A DNA stretch of 43,373 bases from Candidatus Aenigmatarchaeota archaeon (GTDB taxonomy: Archaea > Aenigmatarchaeota > Aenigmatarchaeia > CG10238-14 > SCSR01): contig JASEGN010000002.1 in the NCBI GenBank assembly GCA_030018055.1, positions 1-43,373 of the forward strand, read 5' to 3'. Position 1 is the first letter of the stretch; each line of letters starts with the position of its first letter. The notes beneath the pieces are model-generated. The model saw nothing but the letters and a program-made list of their open reading frames with translations, ran no database searches and was not told the DNA's origin. The translations under genes and the position numbers were made by a program. Shown in pieces: positions 16,868 to 25,746 of this stretch.

Positions 16868-19800
16868 TTATACCAATCTTTTCAATTTTTGAAGGGTCTA
16901 GCCCATCTATTCCGGCTAAAAATTGGATTATTCTTCCTGAAGAATCCCTTACCGTACCATCATATTCAACCTTTAAATCCTCGAGTGCTCCAACCAACCT
17001 CCTTTCCATGTAGCCCGAATGCCTTGTTTTTAATGATTTGTCCATCAAGGATTCTCTACTATTCATAGCATCAAAAAAGAATTCAAATGGATTTAGACCA
17101 TCTTTAAATCCTCTTCCCACAAATCCCTTTCCTTCTACTGACATATCGCCAATTTCAAAGTGAGGGAAAGTTCTTCCAAAATATCCTTTCTCTATTCTTT
17201 CGCCCATTATTGCCTCTTGTCCAACACAAGCAGCAGTTTGAATCACATTTACTTTTTCTCCTCTAGCACCACTCCTTACCATTGCCAATGTATAATTTTC
17301 TTTTATACTAACATCCAGCACAGCTTCAATTTCGCCTAAAACTCTGTTAAGCCTTCTCCTTATTAAAACTTCCAAACTTTCTTTCAGTGTCCTGCCTACT
17401 AAAATTTTAAGCTCTCCACTTTCAAATTTTTGGATGAGTTGATTTATATCCCTTCTAGCATTTTCTAGTATATCTTTTATTTTGGTTTTAGCTTGAGCTG
17501 GAATATCTTGATCAGAGATGCTTATGGAAAACCCATTTTTCATGAGATAAGCTATGGAAAGTCTTGAAATATCAAACAAGAATTTTTTCATAACCTGTGG
17601 CCCATAGGTATTTTCCATCTTGTCTAATATTTTCCCACTCTCAGCTCCAATACCAACCTTATCTATGTAACCACGCTTCAATTCACCATTTTCAATCACA
17701 ACAATTTCGCCAGCTTTCGATTTATACTCGATTGAAAAATCTTTGGGAAGAAACAAACTGAAAACTTCTCCCCCACTCAGAAACTTTTTGGATGGTATTT
17801 CTATGTTTGGATCTATAGATCTAATCAATTGTACAAACTCTTTCCTAGGAATTTTATCTTCTCTAGTTGTAAGTAGATACAAGCCTGTAATAAAGTCTTG
17901 CCTAGCACCAATTATTGGTCCAGAAAATCTTGGACTTCTTATATTCTTTGGAACTAGCATCAAGTTAGCTGCTTCCACTCTTGCTTCTTCTGTCTGTGGC
18001 ACATGTAAATTCATTTCATCACCATCAAAGTCGGCATTGTAAGGTGGACAGGTGGTGAGATGTAATCTTAGTGTTCTGAAGGGCATCACTTTAACTGTAT
18101 GGCCCATGATGCTCATCCTATGTAAGCTAGGTTGACGATTAAAAAGTACCATATCACCATCAACAAGATGCCTTTCCACTATCCAACCAGGAGCTATCTC
18201 CTGTGCAACTTCTTCTTTGTTAGTTTCAATTATTCTTTTTCTTCTACCATCAGGTCTAACAACATAGTTTGCTCCTGGCCAACTTTCTGGTCCATTTAGA
18301 ACAATTCTTCTCAGGTTATCTATGTTTTTTTCATCAACTCTCTCTGGCAAGGTTAACTCTTTAGCTATAACTTCTGGGACACCAACTTCGTCGATGTTTA
18401 TAAGTGGGTCAGGACTTATAACTGAACGAGCAGAGAAATTTACCCTTTTCCCAGCCAAGTTGCCCCTAAACCTACCTTCCTTTGTTTTTAAACGTTGAGA
18501 AAGTGTTTTAAGTGCTCTACCTGAGCGATGTCTAGCAGGTGGAATACCAGAAAGCTCATTATCGAAATAGGTTGCGACATGATACTGAAGAAGTTCCCAA
18601 AGATCGTCTATTATAAAGTCTGGAGCTCCAAGCTCTATATTTTCTTTCAGCCTTTCATTTATCCTAACCAAATCAACAAGTTTATGGGTTAGATCATCCT
18701 CACTCCTTTCACCAGTTTCTAGCGTAATCGATGGTCTTACTGTTACTGGTGTGACTGGAAACAAGGTTAGGATAAACCATTCAGGACGCATACCTTTAAA
18801 GCCTAGAAGCTCAAGATCTTCTTCCTTTATTTTTTCAAGTCTTGACCTAATTTCAATTCGATTAAGAATTTCATCATTTTCAAAAATTGTATACGGTTTC
18901 ATGAATTTTAGCTTGCCTTGTTCAGTTTTACAATGAGGACATTTCTTTTTAACAATCTTCACAACATCTTTTAGGTGGAAAACTTTCATTTTTTTCATTT
19001 CCTTCTCTTCGATTAGCATGCCCCCACATTTTTTACAGAAGACTCTAAGTAGCATAAATACAATTTTCGAGTAATGAACATGGATTATTGGTCTCACAAG
19101 CTCAACATAACCAAAATGCCCTTGGCATTCTCCAACACTACCACCACATGTTCTACATCTTACGCCTGGATCCACAACCCCAAGTCTAGGATCCATTAAC
19201 CCACCTTCAATTGGATATCCTTCCTGGTCATACAGCTCGGTCTTTTTTATTTTTGCAGCAGCCATTTTCCTAATCATCTCTGGACTCAGAACACTAAATT
19301 CTATTCTATCAACTCCAGTGCCATCTTCCCTAACAACTATTTTTGGATAGATTAACATGCTTTTAAGTTCCTCCAGCAAAAGTTTGAAAGCATAGGACAT
19401 TTCAACATCTAAAATTTTACTCTCTCCACAGATAGGACAATATTTTCTCTTTTTTACTCTATCCTCAATTGCCAATAACCCACATGTGGTACAAAGTGGA
19501 ATTGTTGCTTTATCGGAATCAAATCTCTCTTTTAAAGCTAAGACAGCACCATGAGCTATCAAACAGTCTTTCTCCATCTCCCCAAGTCTTAAACCACCTT
19601 CTTTACTCCTACCTTCTGTTGGTTGTTTTGTTAAAAGAGTAACTGGTCCTCTAGATCTAGCGTGGATTTTGTTAGAAACAAGATGGTCTAATTTCTGATA
19701 ATAAGCACATCCTATCAGTATCTGAGCTTTAAACATTTCACCAGTTTTACCATCGTACATGGTTTCAACGCCGTTGTTTTTAAATCCAAGTTTTTCAAGT

Positions 19801-21125
19801 GCAGCTCTTATCTCTGCTTCGGGTGTGGGATTAAATGCTGGGGAATCGATATAATCACCCTTTAAAGCAGCGGCCTTTCCAGCCATCAACTCTAGCATAG
19901 TACCAATTGTTTGTCTAGATGGAATTCCATGAGGATTAAAAATTATATCAGGAACGATACCATCTTCGGTAAAAGGCATATCTTCTTGAGGAACTACCAG
20001 ACTAACAACACCCTTTTGTCCGTGCCTGGTAGCAAATTTATCACCAATTTCAGGTCTTTTTAAATCTCTTACTCTAACCTTTATTAGTTTTGTTCCATCG
20101 ATAGTTTCTGTTAAATATACTTTGTCGGCAATCCCTCTGTCCCCATGTCTTAACCTAATTGAAGTTTCTCTTATATTTTGAGTACCAGCTATAAATCTAT
20201 CCATAGTCCCAAGAAATCTAAGTGGAGAAACTCTTCCAATCAAAACATCCATTGAGCCTATCTCTGTTTCCGGATTTATAATCCCATCTTCTGGTAAATG
20301 CTTGTAAGCATCTTCACCGGCATACCCCCTTACACCTGCTGATGGAATACCAATCTTATCTTCCTGCCCACCCATGTATACCTTTTCCTCAGCTTCATAG
20401 GTTCTAAACATGGTTGACCAAAATAGTCCTCTTTGAATTGAGTTTGCGTTGATGATAATAGCATCCTCAGTGTTATAACCATCATAGCATGCAATAGCAA
20501 CAACGACATTGGTTCCACTTGCATACTTCTCGTATGGTGTTGTTTTGTGTGTATAGGTTTGGATAAGAGGCATTTGTGGGTAGATTAGAACATTCGATTT
20601 TGTATCTACACGATTCTGGTAGTTTGTTGAAAATATTCCTATAGCTTGCCCTATCATCTTTGCTCCGTAGTTTACTCTGTCTCCTCGATTGAACTCTGGA
20701 TATGGGATAAAGGAGCCAGAAAGGCCAAAGATAAGTGAGGGGTCTAACTCCAAGTGCGTATGCCGAGGTGTTATTTTATCTTTACTTATTGCAATAAGCA
20801 TATTTTCCTCTTCTTCAGCATCTAGATATTCGATCACACCCATTTTTACTAAGTCGTTAAAACTAATTTCTCCCTTTCTCAGTTTTTCAAGAAGCTCTTC
20901 AGTCAATTTTGGACTACCATTTTCTACAACAATGAGTGGTCTCCTTACTCTACCACCATCTGTTGGAATTGAAAGCATGCCCAAGTGCTTATGATAGACA
21001 ACATTTATTTGATTTGAAATAATGCCTCTTCTTCTAGCACCTCTTATCTTTTCAACTAATTCTTCTGGTTTATCTGTTGTACCAACAAACGTTCCATTAA
21101 GAAATATATCAACCAACCTTTTCAC
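16833..21125 (-). CDS. rpoB1-rpoA1: fused DNA-directed RNA polymerase subunits B' and A' in one 1430-aa ORF
   Basis: The N-terminal ~600 aa are RpoB' (GDKFATRHGQKGV, NPHGIPSRQTIG, Zn ribbon CTTCG..CPICG, MSYAFKLLLEELKSM). The ORF runs on without a stop or start codon into RpoA' (LSPEMIRKM, GGLMDPRLG, CRTCGG..CQGHFG, NADFDGDEMN). The junction is ..LIYPKIVVREDGTGVDRIEFSVLSP.. at about 19300-19345. Confidence 0.85.
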   Translation of the reverse strand: MKRLVDIFLNGTFVGTTDKPEELVEKIRGARRRGIISNQINVVYHKHLGMLSIPTDGGRVRRPLIVVENGSPKLTEELLEKLRKGEISFNDLVKMGVIEYLDAEEEENMLIAISKDKITPRHTHLELDPSLIFGLSGSFIPYPEFNRGDRVNYGAKMIGQAIGIFSTNYQNRVDTKSNVLIYPQMPLIQTYTHKTTPYEKYASGTNVVVAIACYDGYNTEDAIIINANSIQRGLFWSTMFRTYEAEEKVYMGGQEDKIGIPSAGVRGYAGEDAYKHLPEDGIINPETEIGSMDVLIGRVSPLRFLGTMDRFIAGTQNIRETSIRLRHGDRGIADKVYLTETIDGTKLIKVRVRDLKRPEIGDKFATRHGQKGVVSLVVPQEDMPFTEDGIVPDIIFNPHGIPSRQTIGTMLELMAGKAAALKGDYIDSPAFNPTPEAEIRAALEKLGFKNNGVETMYDGKTGEMFKAQILIGCAYYQKLDHLVSNKIHARSRGPVTLLTKQPTEGRSKEGGLRLGEMEKDCLIAHGAVLALKERFDSDKATIPLCTTCGLLAIEDRVKKRKYCPICGESKILDVEMSYAFKLLLEELKSMLIYPKIVVREDGTGVDRIEFSVLSPEMIRKMAAAKIKKTELYDQEGYPIEGGLMDPRLGVVDPGVRCRTCGGSVGECQGHFGYVELVRPIIHVHYSKIVFMLLRVFCKKCGGMLIEEKEMKKMKVFHLKDVVKIVKKKCPHCKTEQGKLKFMKPYTIFENDEILNRIEIRSRLEKIKEEDLELLGFKGMRPEWFILTLFPVTPVTVRPSITLETGERSEDDLTHKLVDLVRINERLKENIELGAPDFIIDDLWELLQYHVATYFDNELSGIPPARHRSGRALKTLSQRLKTKEGRFRGNLAGKRVNFSARSVISPDPLINIDEVGVPEVIAKELTLPERVDEKNIDNLRRIVLNGPESWPGANYVVRPDGRRKRIIETNKEEVAQEIAPGWIVERHLVDGDMVLFNRQPSLHRMSIMGHTVKVMPFRTLRLHLTTCPPYNADFDGDEMNLHVPQTEEARVEAANLMLVPKNIRSPRFSGPIIGARQDFITGLYLLTTREDKIPRKEFVQLIRSIDPNIEIPSKKFLSGGEVFSLFLPKDFSIEYKSKAGEIVVIENGELKRGYIDKVGIGAESGKILDKMENTYGPQVMKKFLFDISRLSIAYLMKNGFSISISDQDIPAQAKTKIKDILENARRDINQLIQKFESGELKILVGRTLKESLEVLIRRRLNRVLGEIEAVLDVSIKENYTLAMVRSGARGEKVNVIQTAACVGQEAIMGERIEKGYFGRTFPHFEIGDMSVEGKGFVGRGFKDGLNPFEFFFDAMNSRESLMDKSLKTRHSGYMERRLVGALEDLKVEYDGTVRDSSGRIIQFLAGIDGLDPSKIEKIGINVEGIARKIFG

Positions 21126-22611
21126 CCCTTACAATTCTTGAAACAACTTGTTGCTCTTCATCAGATACGCCTTTTGTAATTTCTGCTAGTAGTGCAAGAT
21201 ATTTTCTTAAACCAATGGTAGCACCCTCTGGTGTTTCAGAAATACATAGTTTTCCAAAATGGGTTGGATGAAGTTCTCTAGCTTCAAAATGTTCTTGAGC
21301 AGAAGTTAGAGGTGATAAAATATTTCTCATATGTGAGATTGTTTTTACAAAACTACCTCTTTCAAGTCTCTGAGATATTCCAGTCCTTCCCCCAGTCCAT
21401 GTTCCAATAGCAAGAGCTGAGATTAGTTGGTTAGTTAAAACATTGGACTCAATAATAGCCTGTAGCGGTGGTAGTCTTCCTCTCTTTGTAAGTTTCTGAT
21501 AATTATAGCTTATCCTTGGTATGAGACCATACTTTCCAAGTAATATAGATCTAAGTTGAATTTCAAGTAAATCGCCTGCTAACTTCAGCCTTTTGTTAGC
21601 ATAATGGTCTAAATCATCCTCCTCAATTTTGCCCAGATGTAGCTTTATTAGCTTCTCTATAGCTTTTGATAAGAAAATTGCTTTTTTAGTTCTATCTTCC
21701 GGATTTTGGCCGAGATGTGGTAGGAAATACGTGTCTATAATTCTACATGCTCTCTCAATTCTTTGTGCTTTTGGCAGCGCTCTTAGGTATTTACCAGTAA
21801 TTGCATCCAGAGCTTCATCTTGAGTTGTTATTTCCGATTCTAATAAATTAATATAAAATTCATCTTGGATGGTGGGATCTGGGGAAATTGTTGTTATGAT
21901 TTCTTTATCACTTTCAAGACCTAAAGCTTTCAAAAGAGTAACTATTGATAATTGTAGCACGTTTGCAAATGATATAGTTATAACACCATTTTTTCTTCTT
22001 TCCATCAGATGCCTTTGAACGTAGCCATCTTTCTCAGAATGAATCCTAGCTATTTCCGTTACATTGCCGCTATCGACCTTTTTAACTAAAATATGATTTT
22101 GGACAATTTCCTCAACTAAAACCAAAATTCTTTCCGTACCATTGATTATGAAATATCCGCCAGGATCATCAGGATCCTCACCAACTTCTAGTAATTGGGC
22201 TTTACTCATAGTAGATAAAGGACAAATCTTAGATTTTACCATTATTGGTAATTCACCAAAGTTAATCCACTGGGGCTCGCCTTCAACTTTATTAAGTACA
22301 GGCGTTATTTCAACCCACATAGTTGTGGAATAGGTTAGGTTTCTTATTCTTGCTTCTTGAGGTAGGATTTGTCTTTCTGAACCATCTGCTTCCATTATCC
22401 ACGGTGCCCAACCTTCCTTCCCAACCCTAAATCTACCAATTTTTAACTTAAGGTCACCAATCGCTGGAACTTTCGGTTCTACTGTTCCGATTCCTTTCAA
22501 AATTTTTGGAATTCTTCTAATTACAAAATCATTGTAGGAATCTATCTGATGTTTAACTAAGCTATTCTCCTTCAAATAGCTGTTTAACAAGCTAATGAGA
22601 ATTTCATTCAC
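21109..22611 (-). CDS. rpoB2: DNA-directed RNA polymerase subunit B'' (N-terminal half of split B)
   Basis: 500-aa ORF with typical RpoB N-terminal sequence (..DSYNDFV.., ..[14 protein letters not shown]..). It overlaps the next ORF by 17 nt. Confidence 0.9.
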   Translation of the reverse strand: MNEILISLLNSYLKENSLVKHQIDSYNDFVIRRIPKILKGIGTVEPKVPAIGDLKLKIGRFRVGKEGWAPWIMEADGSERQILPQEARIRNLTYSTTMWVEITPVLNKVEGEPQWINFGELPIMVKSKICPLSTMSKAQLLEVGEDPDDPGGYFIINGTERILVLVEEIVQNHILVKKVDSGNVTEIARIHSEKDGYVQRHLMERRKNGVITISFANVLQLSIVTLLKALGLESDKEIITTISPDPTIQDEFYINLLESEITTQDEALDAITGKYLRALPKAQRIERACRIIDTYFLPHLGQNPEDRTKKAIFLSKAIEKLIKLHLGKIEEDDLDHYANKRLKLAGDLLEIQLRSILLGKYGLIPRISYNYQKLTKRGRLPPLQAIIESNVLTNQLISALAIGTWTGGRTGISQRLERGSFVKTISHMRNILSPLTSAQEHFEARELHPTHFGKLCISETPEGATIGLRKYLALLAEITKGVSDEEQQVVSRIVRGEKVG

Positions 22612-22841
22612 GCTCTTACCACAACCCTATAATAAATACTTTCACCGACAATTGAACTTTTTCTTATTATTTTTATTACATCACCTGGCTTTGCACCCAG
22701 CAGCTTTACTATAGGATCGTTGGCTAAAATTCTTGGTAATTGTTTAAGGGTGACTCTATATCTTTTCATTACCTCCTCTTTCTCCTCCTCATTCAAAATT
22801 ATGTGCTTTGGTACTAACACATGGTCCAATTCTTCCATCAT
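22608..22841 (-). CDS. rpoH: DNA-directed RNA polymerase subunit H (Rpb5-like)
   Basis: 77-aa ORF. ..[39 protein letters not shown].. is typical of RpoH. Confidence 0.9.
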   Translation of the reverse strand: MMEELDHVLVPKHIILNEEEKEEVMKRYRVTLKQLPRILANDPIVKLLGAKPGDVIKIIRKSSIVGESIYYRVVVRA

Positions 22842-23056
22842 TTCATTCCAAATATTTATTAGTGATAATTATTTAAAACTATCGTTTATAAGAATAATTT
22901 ACTCATTCATCTAATAAATTTATTTTTCACAGCTTAAAAATATAGTTTATCTAGAATATATCATGGGTTAATCCCACCTCAAAGTATTTAAATATATAAC
23001 CATTACTATTACTAGTGAAGGAAAAATGAGAAGTGAAGAAAAAAGAAGTGATTTAG

Positions 23057-23257
23057 TTTGGAAGAAAGGTAAGTGCGTTCACTTTAGTTAGCGCTACTTC
23101 TAAAGTTGATTCTAAAGGAAGAATTTCAATTCCCATTGGTTTAAGAGCTAGATTAAAACTAGTAGAAGGATCGAGAGTAAAAATTTATCTTGATAATAAT
23201 AATCTGATTGTTAAACCACTGCAACAAAAAAAGAAAACTATAGGAATTCTTGGTGGT
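23057..23257 (+). other. AbrB/SpoVT-like (swapped-hairpin) domain coding segment, in frame with the downstream racemase but without a canonical start codon
   Basis: The racemase frame is open from the stop at 23054-23056. It encodes ..TSKVDSKGRISIPIGLRARLKLVEGSRVKIYLDNNNLIVKPLQQKKKTIGILGG-M. There is no ATG, GTG or TTG in this frame. An ATG with a purine-rich leader at 23026 opens a different frame (MRSEEKRSDLVWKKGKCVHFS*), which stops at 23089-23091. Confidence 0.5.
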
Positions 23258-23923
23258 ATGGGACCTGAGGCTACGGCAGACATATATCAAAAAATAATAA
23301 AGATTTGTCAGAAAAAATATTGGGCAAAATTAGATAGAGATTACCCAAAAATATTGATTAGTAGCATCCCAGCACCACAGATAATAGAAAATTTAAAATA
23401 TAGAGAAAAGTTATTAAGGATGTTGATTGATAATTTAAAGAAATTGGAATCTTCCGGAGCAGATTTAATAATACTAGCGTGTAATACAGCTCATTATCTT
23501 TTACCAGAGCTAGAAAAAATAGCATCCATTCCTATTTTGAACATTGTTGAAGAAGTAGCAAGAAAGGTAAATAAGGCAAACGTGGAAAAGATTGGGCTGT
23601 TAGCAACAACTACAACTATAAAACAAAAATTATATGAAAGAGAATTTAAAAAATATGGAAAAAAATTAATTTTACCAGATAAAAATTCACAAAATAAAAT
23701 CGTTAAAATAATAAAAAATATAATAGCTGGGAGAAAGTTGGTAGATGACAAAATTAAGCTGAAAAAAATAATTAGAAATTTAAAGATTAAAGGTGCAGCA
23801 GCAGTAATCTTAGGATGCACAGATTTACCTATAATAATAGAAAAAGATAATTTCGATGTAGATATTTTCGACTGCAATGAAATAATTGCAGAAGCAGCAG
23901 TTGACAAATCTTATTGTGAATAA
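23258..23923 (+). CDS. aspartate/glutamate racemase family protein (annotated start probably too far downstream)
   Basis: 221-aa ORF with the two catalytic-Cys motifs LACNTAH and LGCTDLP. The conserved N-terminal strand TIGILGGMGP begins upstream of the first ATG. Confidence 0.8.
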   Translation: MGPEATADIYQKIIKICQKKYWAKLDRDYPKILISSIPAPQIIENLKYREKLLRMLIDNLKKLESSGADLIILACNTAHYLLPELEKIASIPILNIVEEVARKVNKANVEKIGLLATTTTIKQKLYEREFKKYGKKLILPDKNSQNKIVKIIKNIIAGRKLVDDKIKLKKIIRNLKIKGAAAVILGCTDLPIIIEKDNFDVDIFDCNEIIAEAAVDKSYCE

Positions 23924-23930
23924 TCTGAAT

Positions 23931-24953
23931 ATGGTTAGAAAAATAAAGTGGGGATTACCCAGAGGTAGTCTAAATAAAGTTGGGAGAGGTAATACTGAAG
24001 CTTTACTCGTTGATGCTGGATATGAGATCGAAGGTTATACACCTGAAAATGAACGTAGCGACCAGTTGAGAATAAAAAATGACCCAGAGCTTGAGGTAAC
24101 TTTAGTTAGACCGCAAAATGCTCCTGGAGATCTAGGTAGAAAACTATTGGACATTGCAATTATAGGAGATGACTGGGTCCAGGAAGAATCGGATGTTACG
24201 AAACTTATAAAACTTGCTGACCTAGAATACGGAACAATTAAGGTAGTAACAGCTGTACCCAAAGATTTTGAGGCTACAACATTAACTGATTTATTTTTAT
24301 CATATTTCTCATCAGAAAGAAGAGAACCTATGAGTTGGTACGTAGAGTATCCTAAGCTAGCAAGAGGTTATTTTTTGAAGAATCATGCATATCAAAAACT
24401 GTTTGGAGATAAACTACCGCTTATAGAAATTAGAAGTTTTATCATAGAAGGTGAAAACGATCGTATTCGGATTATTTACTCTGAAGGAACTACCGAAGAA
24501 TATCTCAAGAAAGGATTTCCCATAATCGATAACCTACAAACTGGAGAAACGCTAGAACAGGTTGGTGGGAGAATTTTAGAAGATGGTGAAATAATGGTAT
24601 CTTCTGCTGGACTTTATGCCAGACCTAACTTGGAAGGAGATGATTGGTTATGGGAGAAGGCCAATGATATAAGGGATAAATTATTAGGTGTGGTAATGGG
24701 AAGGAAATATGATGATGTTAAATTCAACGTAGAAACACAATTTCTAGATTCGGTGATAGCTTACATCAAAAAAGAAGGACTCGCCCTAAGGGGTCCTACA
24801 GTCTCGCAGATACTTGGTCCTAGTGGCATAGAAGGATACGCAATTAACATAGTAGTTCCTAAAGCTAAATATCCAGAGGTAAGTGCAACCTTGAAAAAAA
24901 GATATGGTGCTACTGGTATGGTAAGAAGTGACATTAAACAGTTGATATTGTAG
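23931..24953 (+). CDS. hisG: ATP phosphoribosyltransferase-like protein (HisG-like, with C-terminal regulatory-type domain)
   Basis: The start is taken at MVRKIKWGLPRGSL, since the track start at 23886 overlaps the racemase. Motifs are LPRGSL, ..VRPQNAPGDLG..LDIAIIGDDW.. and ..DNLQTGETLE... The C-terminal ~80 aa resemble HisG_C. Confidence 0.6.
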   Translation: MVRKIKWGLPRGSLNKVGRGNTEALLVDAGYEIEGYTPENERSDQLRIKNDPELEVTLVRPQNAPGDLGRKLLDIAIIGDDWVQEESDVTKLIKLADLEYGTIKVVTAVPKDFEATTLTDLFLSYFSSERREPMSWYVEYPKLARGYFLKNHAYQKLFGDKLPLIEIRSFIIEGENDRIRIIYSEGTTEEYLKKGFPIIDNLQTGETLEQVGGRILEDGEIMVSSAGLYARPNLEGDDWLWEKANDIRDKLLGVVMGRKYDDVKFNVETQFLDSVIAYIKKEGLALRGPTVSQILGPSGIEGYAINIVVPKAKYPEVSATLKKRYGATGMVRSDIKQLIL

Positions 24954-24990
24954 TTTTTATTTTTAAATTAGTTTGATACAATTTTACTAA

Positions 24991-25746
24991 ATGATAGATT
25001 CTCATTGTCACCTAGAACAAAGGGACTTTGACAAAGATAGAGATGAGATAATAGAGAAATCTAAGAAAGAATTAAAAGCTGTAATTACATGCTGCGCTCA
25101 TCCTAAGGATTTCAACTTAACGATGCAAATGGTTGAAAAAAATAAAGGATTTATCTTTGCCACAGTTAGTATTCATCCTTTATATATAAAAGAAATTACT
25201 GAGAGAGAAAAGGATGAGTTTTTAGATTTAATTAGAAAAAATAAGGATAGAATAACTGCATTAGGTGAGCAAGGTCTTGATTATTTCGAAATAAAAGAAA
25301 GTAAATGGCGACAAAAACAAAAGGAACTTTTTATTGAATTTATTAATTTGTCGAAGGAATTGAATCTCCCTCTAGTAGTTCATGCTAGAGACGCTTTTGA
25401 AGATGCAATAAAAATCTTAGAGCAACAAGATGCAAAAAATGTTTTGATGCATATGTTTGGTGCATATCATTTATTAAAACGTGTGATAGAAAATAATTGG
25501 TTTATTTCTCTCAACACAATAATTTTGCGAAGCAAAAAACATAAAAAAATTACAAGAGACGTACCCTTAGAAAAATTATTAACAGAAACCGATTCACCTT
25601 GGCTAGACCCTGCAGGAGGTAGAAACACTCCTCTAAATGTAAAAATAGTAATAGAAAAAATATCCGAAATAAAAAAGATGCCTCAGAATCAAGTTGATGA
25701 GATAACAACACAAAATGCGATAAGGTTTTTTAATTTACATCTTTAG
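24991..25746 (+). CDS. tatD: TatD-family metal-dependent hydrolase/DNase
   Basis: 251-aa ORF with MIDSHCHL.., ..VVHARDA.. and ..TETDSPWL.. motifs. Confidence 0.85.
   Translation: MIDSHCHLEQRDFDKDRDEIIEKSKKELKAVITCCAHPKDFNLTMQMVEKNKGFIFATVSIHPLYIKEITEREKDEFLDLIRKNKDRITALGEQGLDYFEIKESKWRQKQKELFIEFINLSKELNLPLVVHARDAFEDAIKILEQQDAKNVLMHMFGAYHLLKRVIENNWFISLNTIILRSKKHKKITRDVPLEKLLTETDSPWLDPAGGRNTPLNVKIVIEKISEIKKMPQNQVDEITTQNAIRFFNLHL

Noticed and set aside
23026-23110. BHB intron joining the ATG frame to the AbrB/racemase frame
   Set aside because: Hairpins exist (23071-75/23080-84 and 23081-87/23100-06), but none can be extended into a BHB with the right frame change. The only 4-bp match (GAAG/CUUC, 52-nt intron) lacks flanking helices, so it is probably chance.
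13626-24262. Numerous 60-150-aa ORFs antisense to large genes (e.g. 13626..13952, 14541..15002, 15378..15695, 17743..18042, 20689..20994, 23494..23907, 24035..24262)
   Set aside because: All lie fully inside well-supported opposite-strand genes. They have Phe/Ile/Leu/Ser-rich, low-complexity sequences and no start context.
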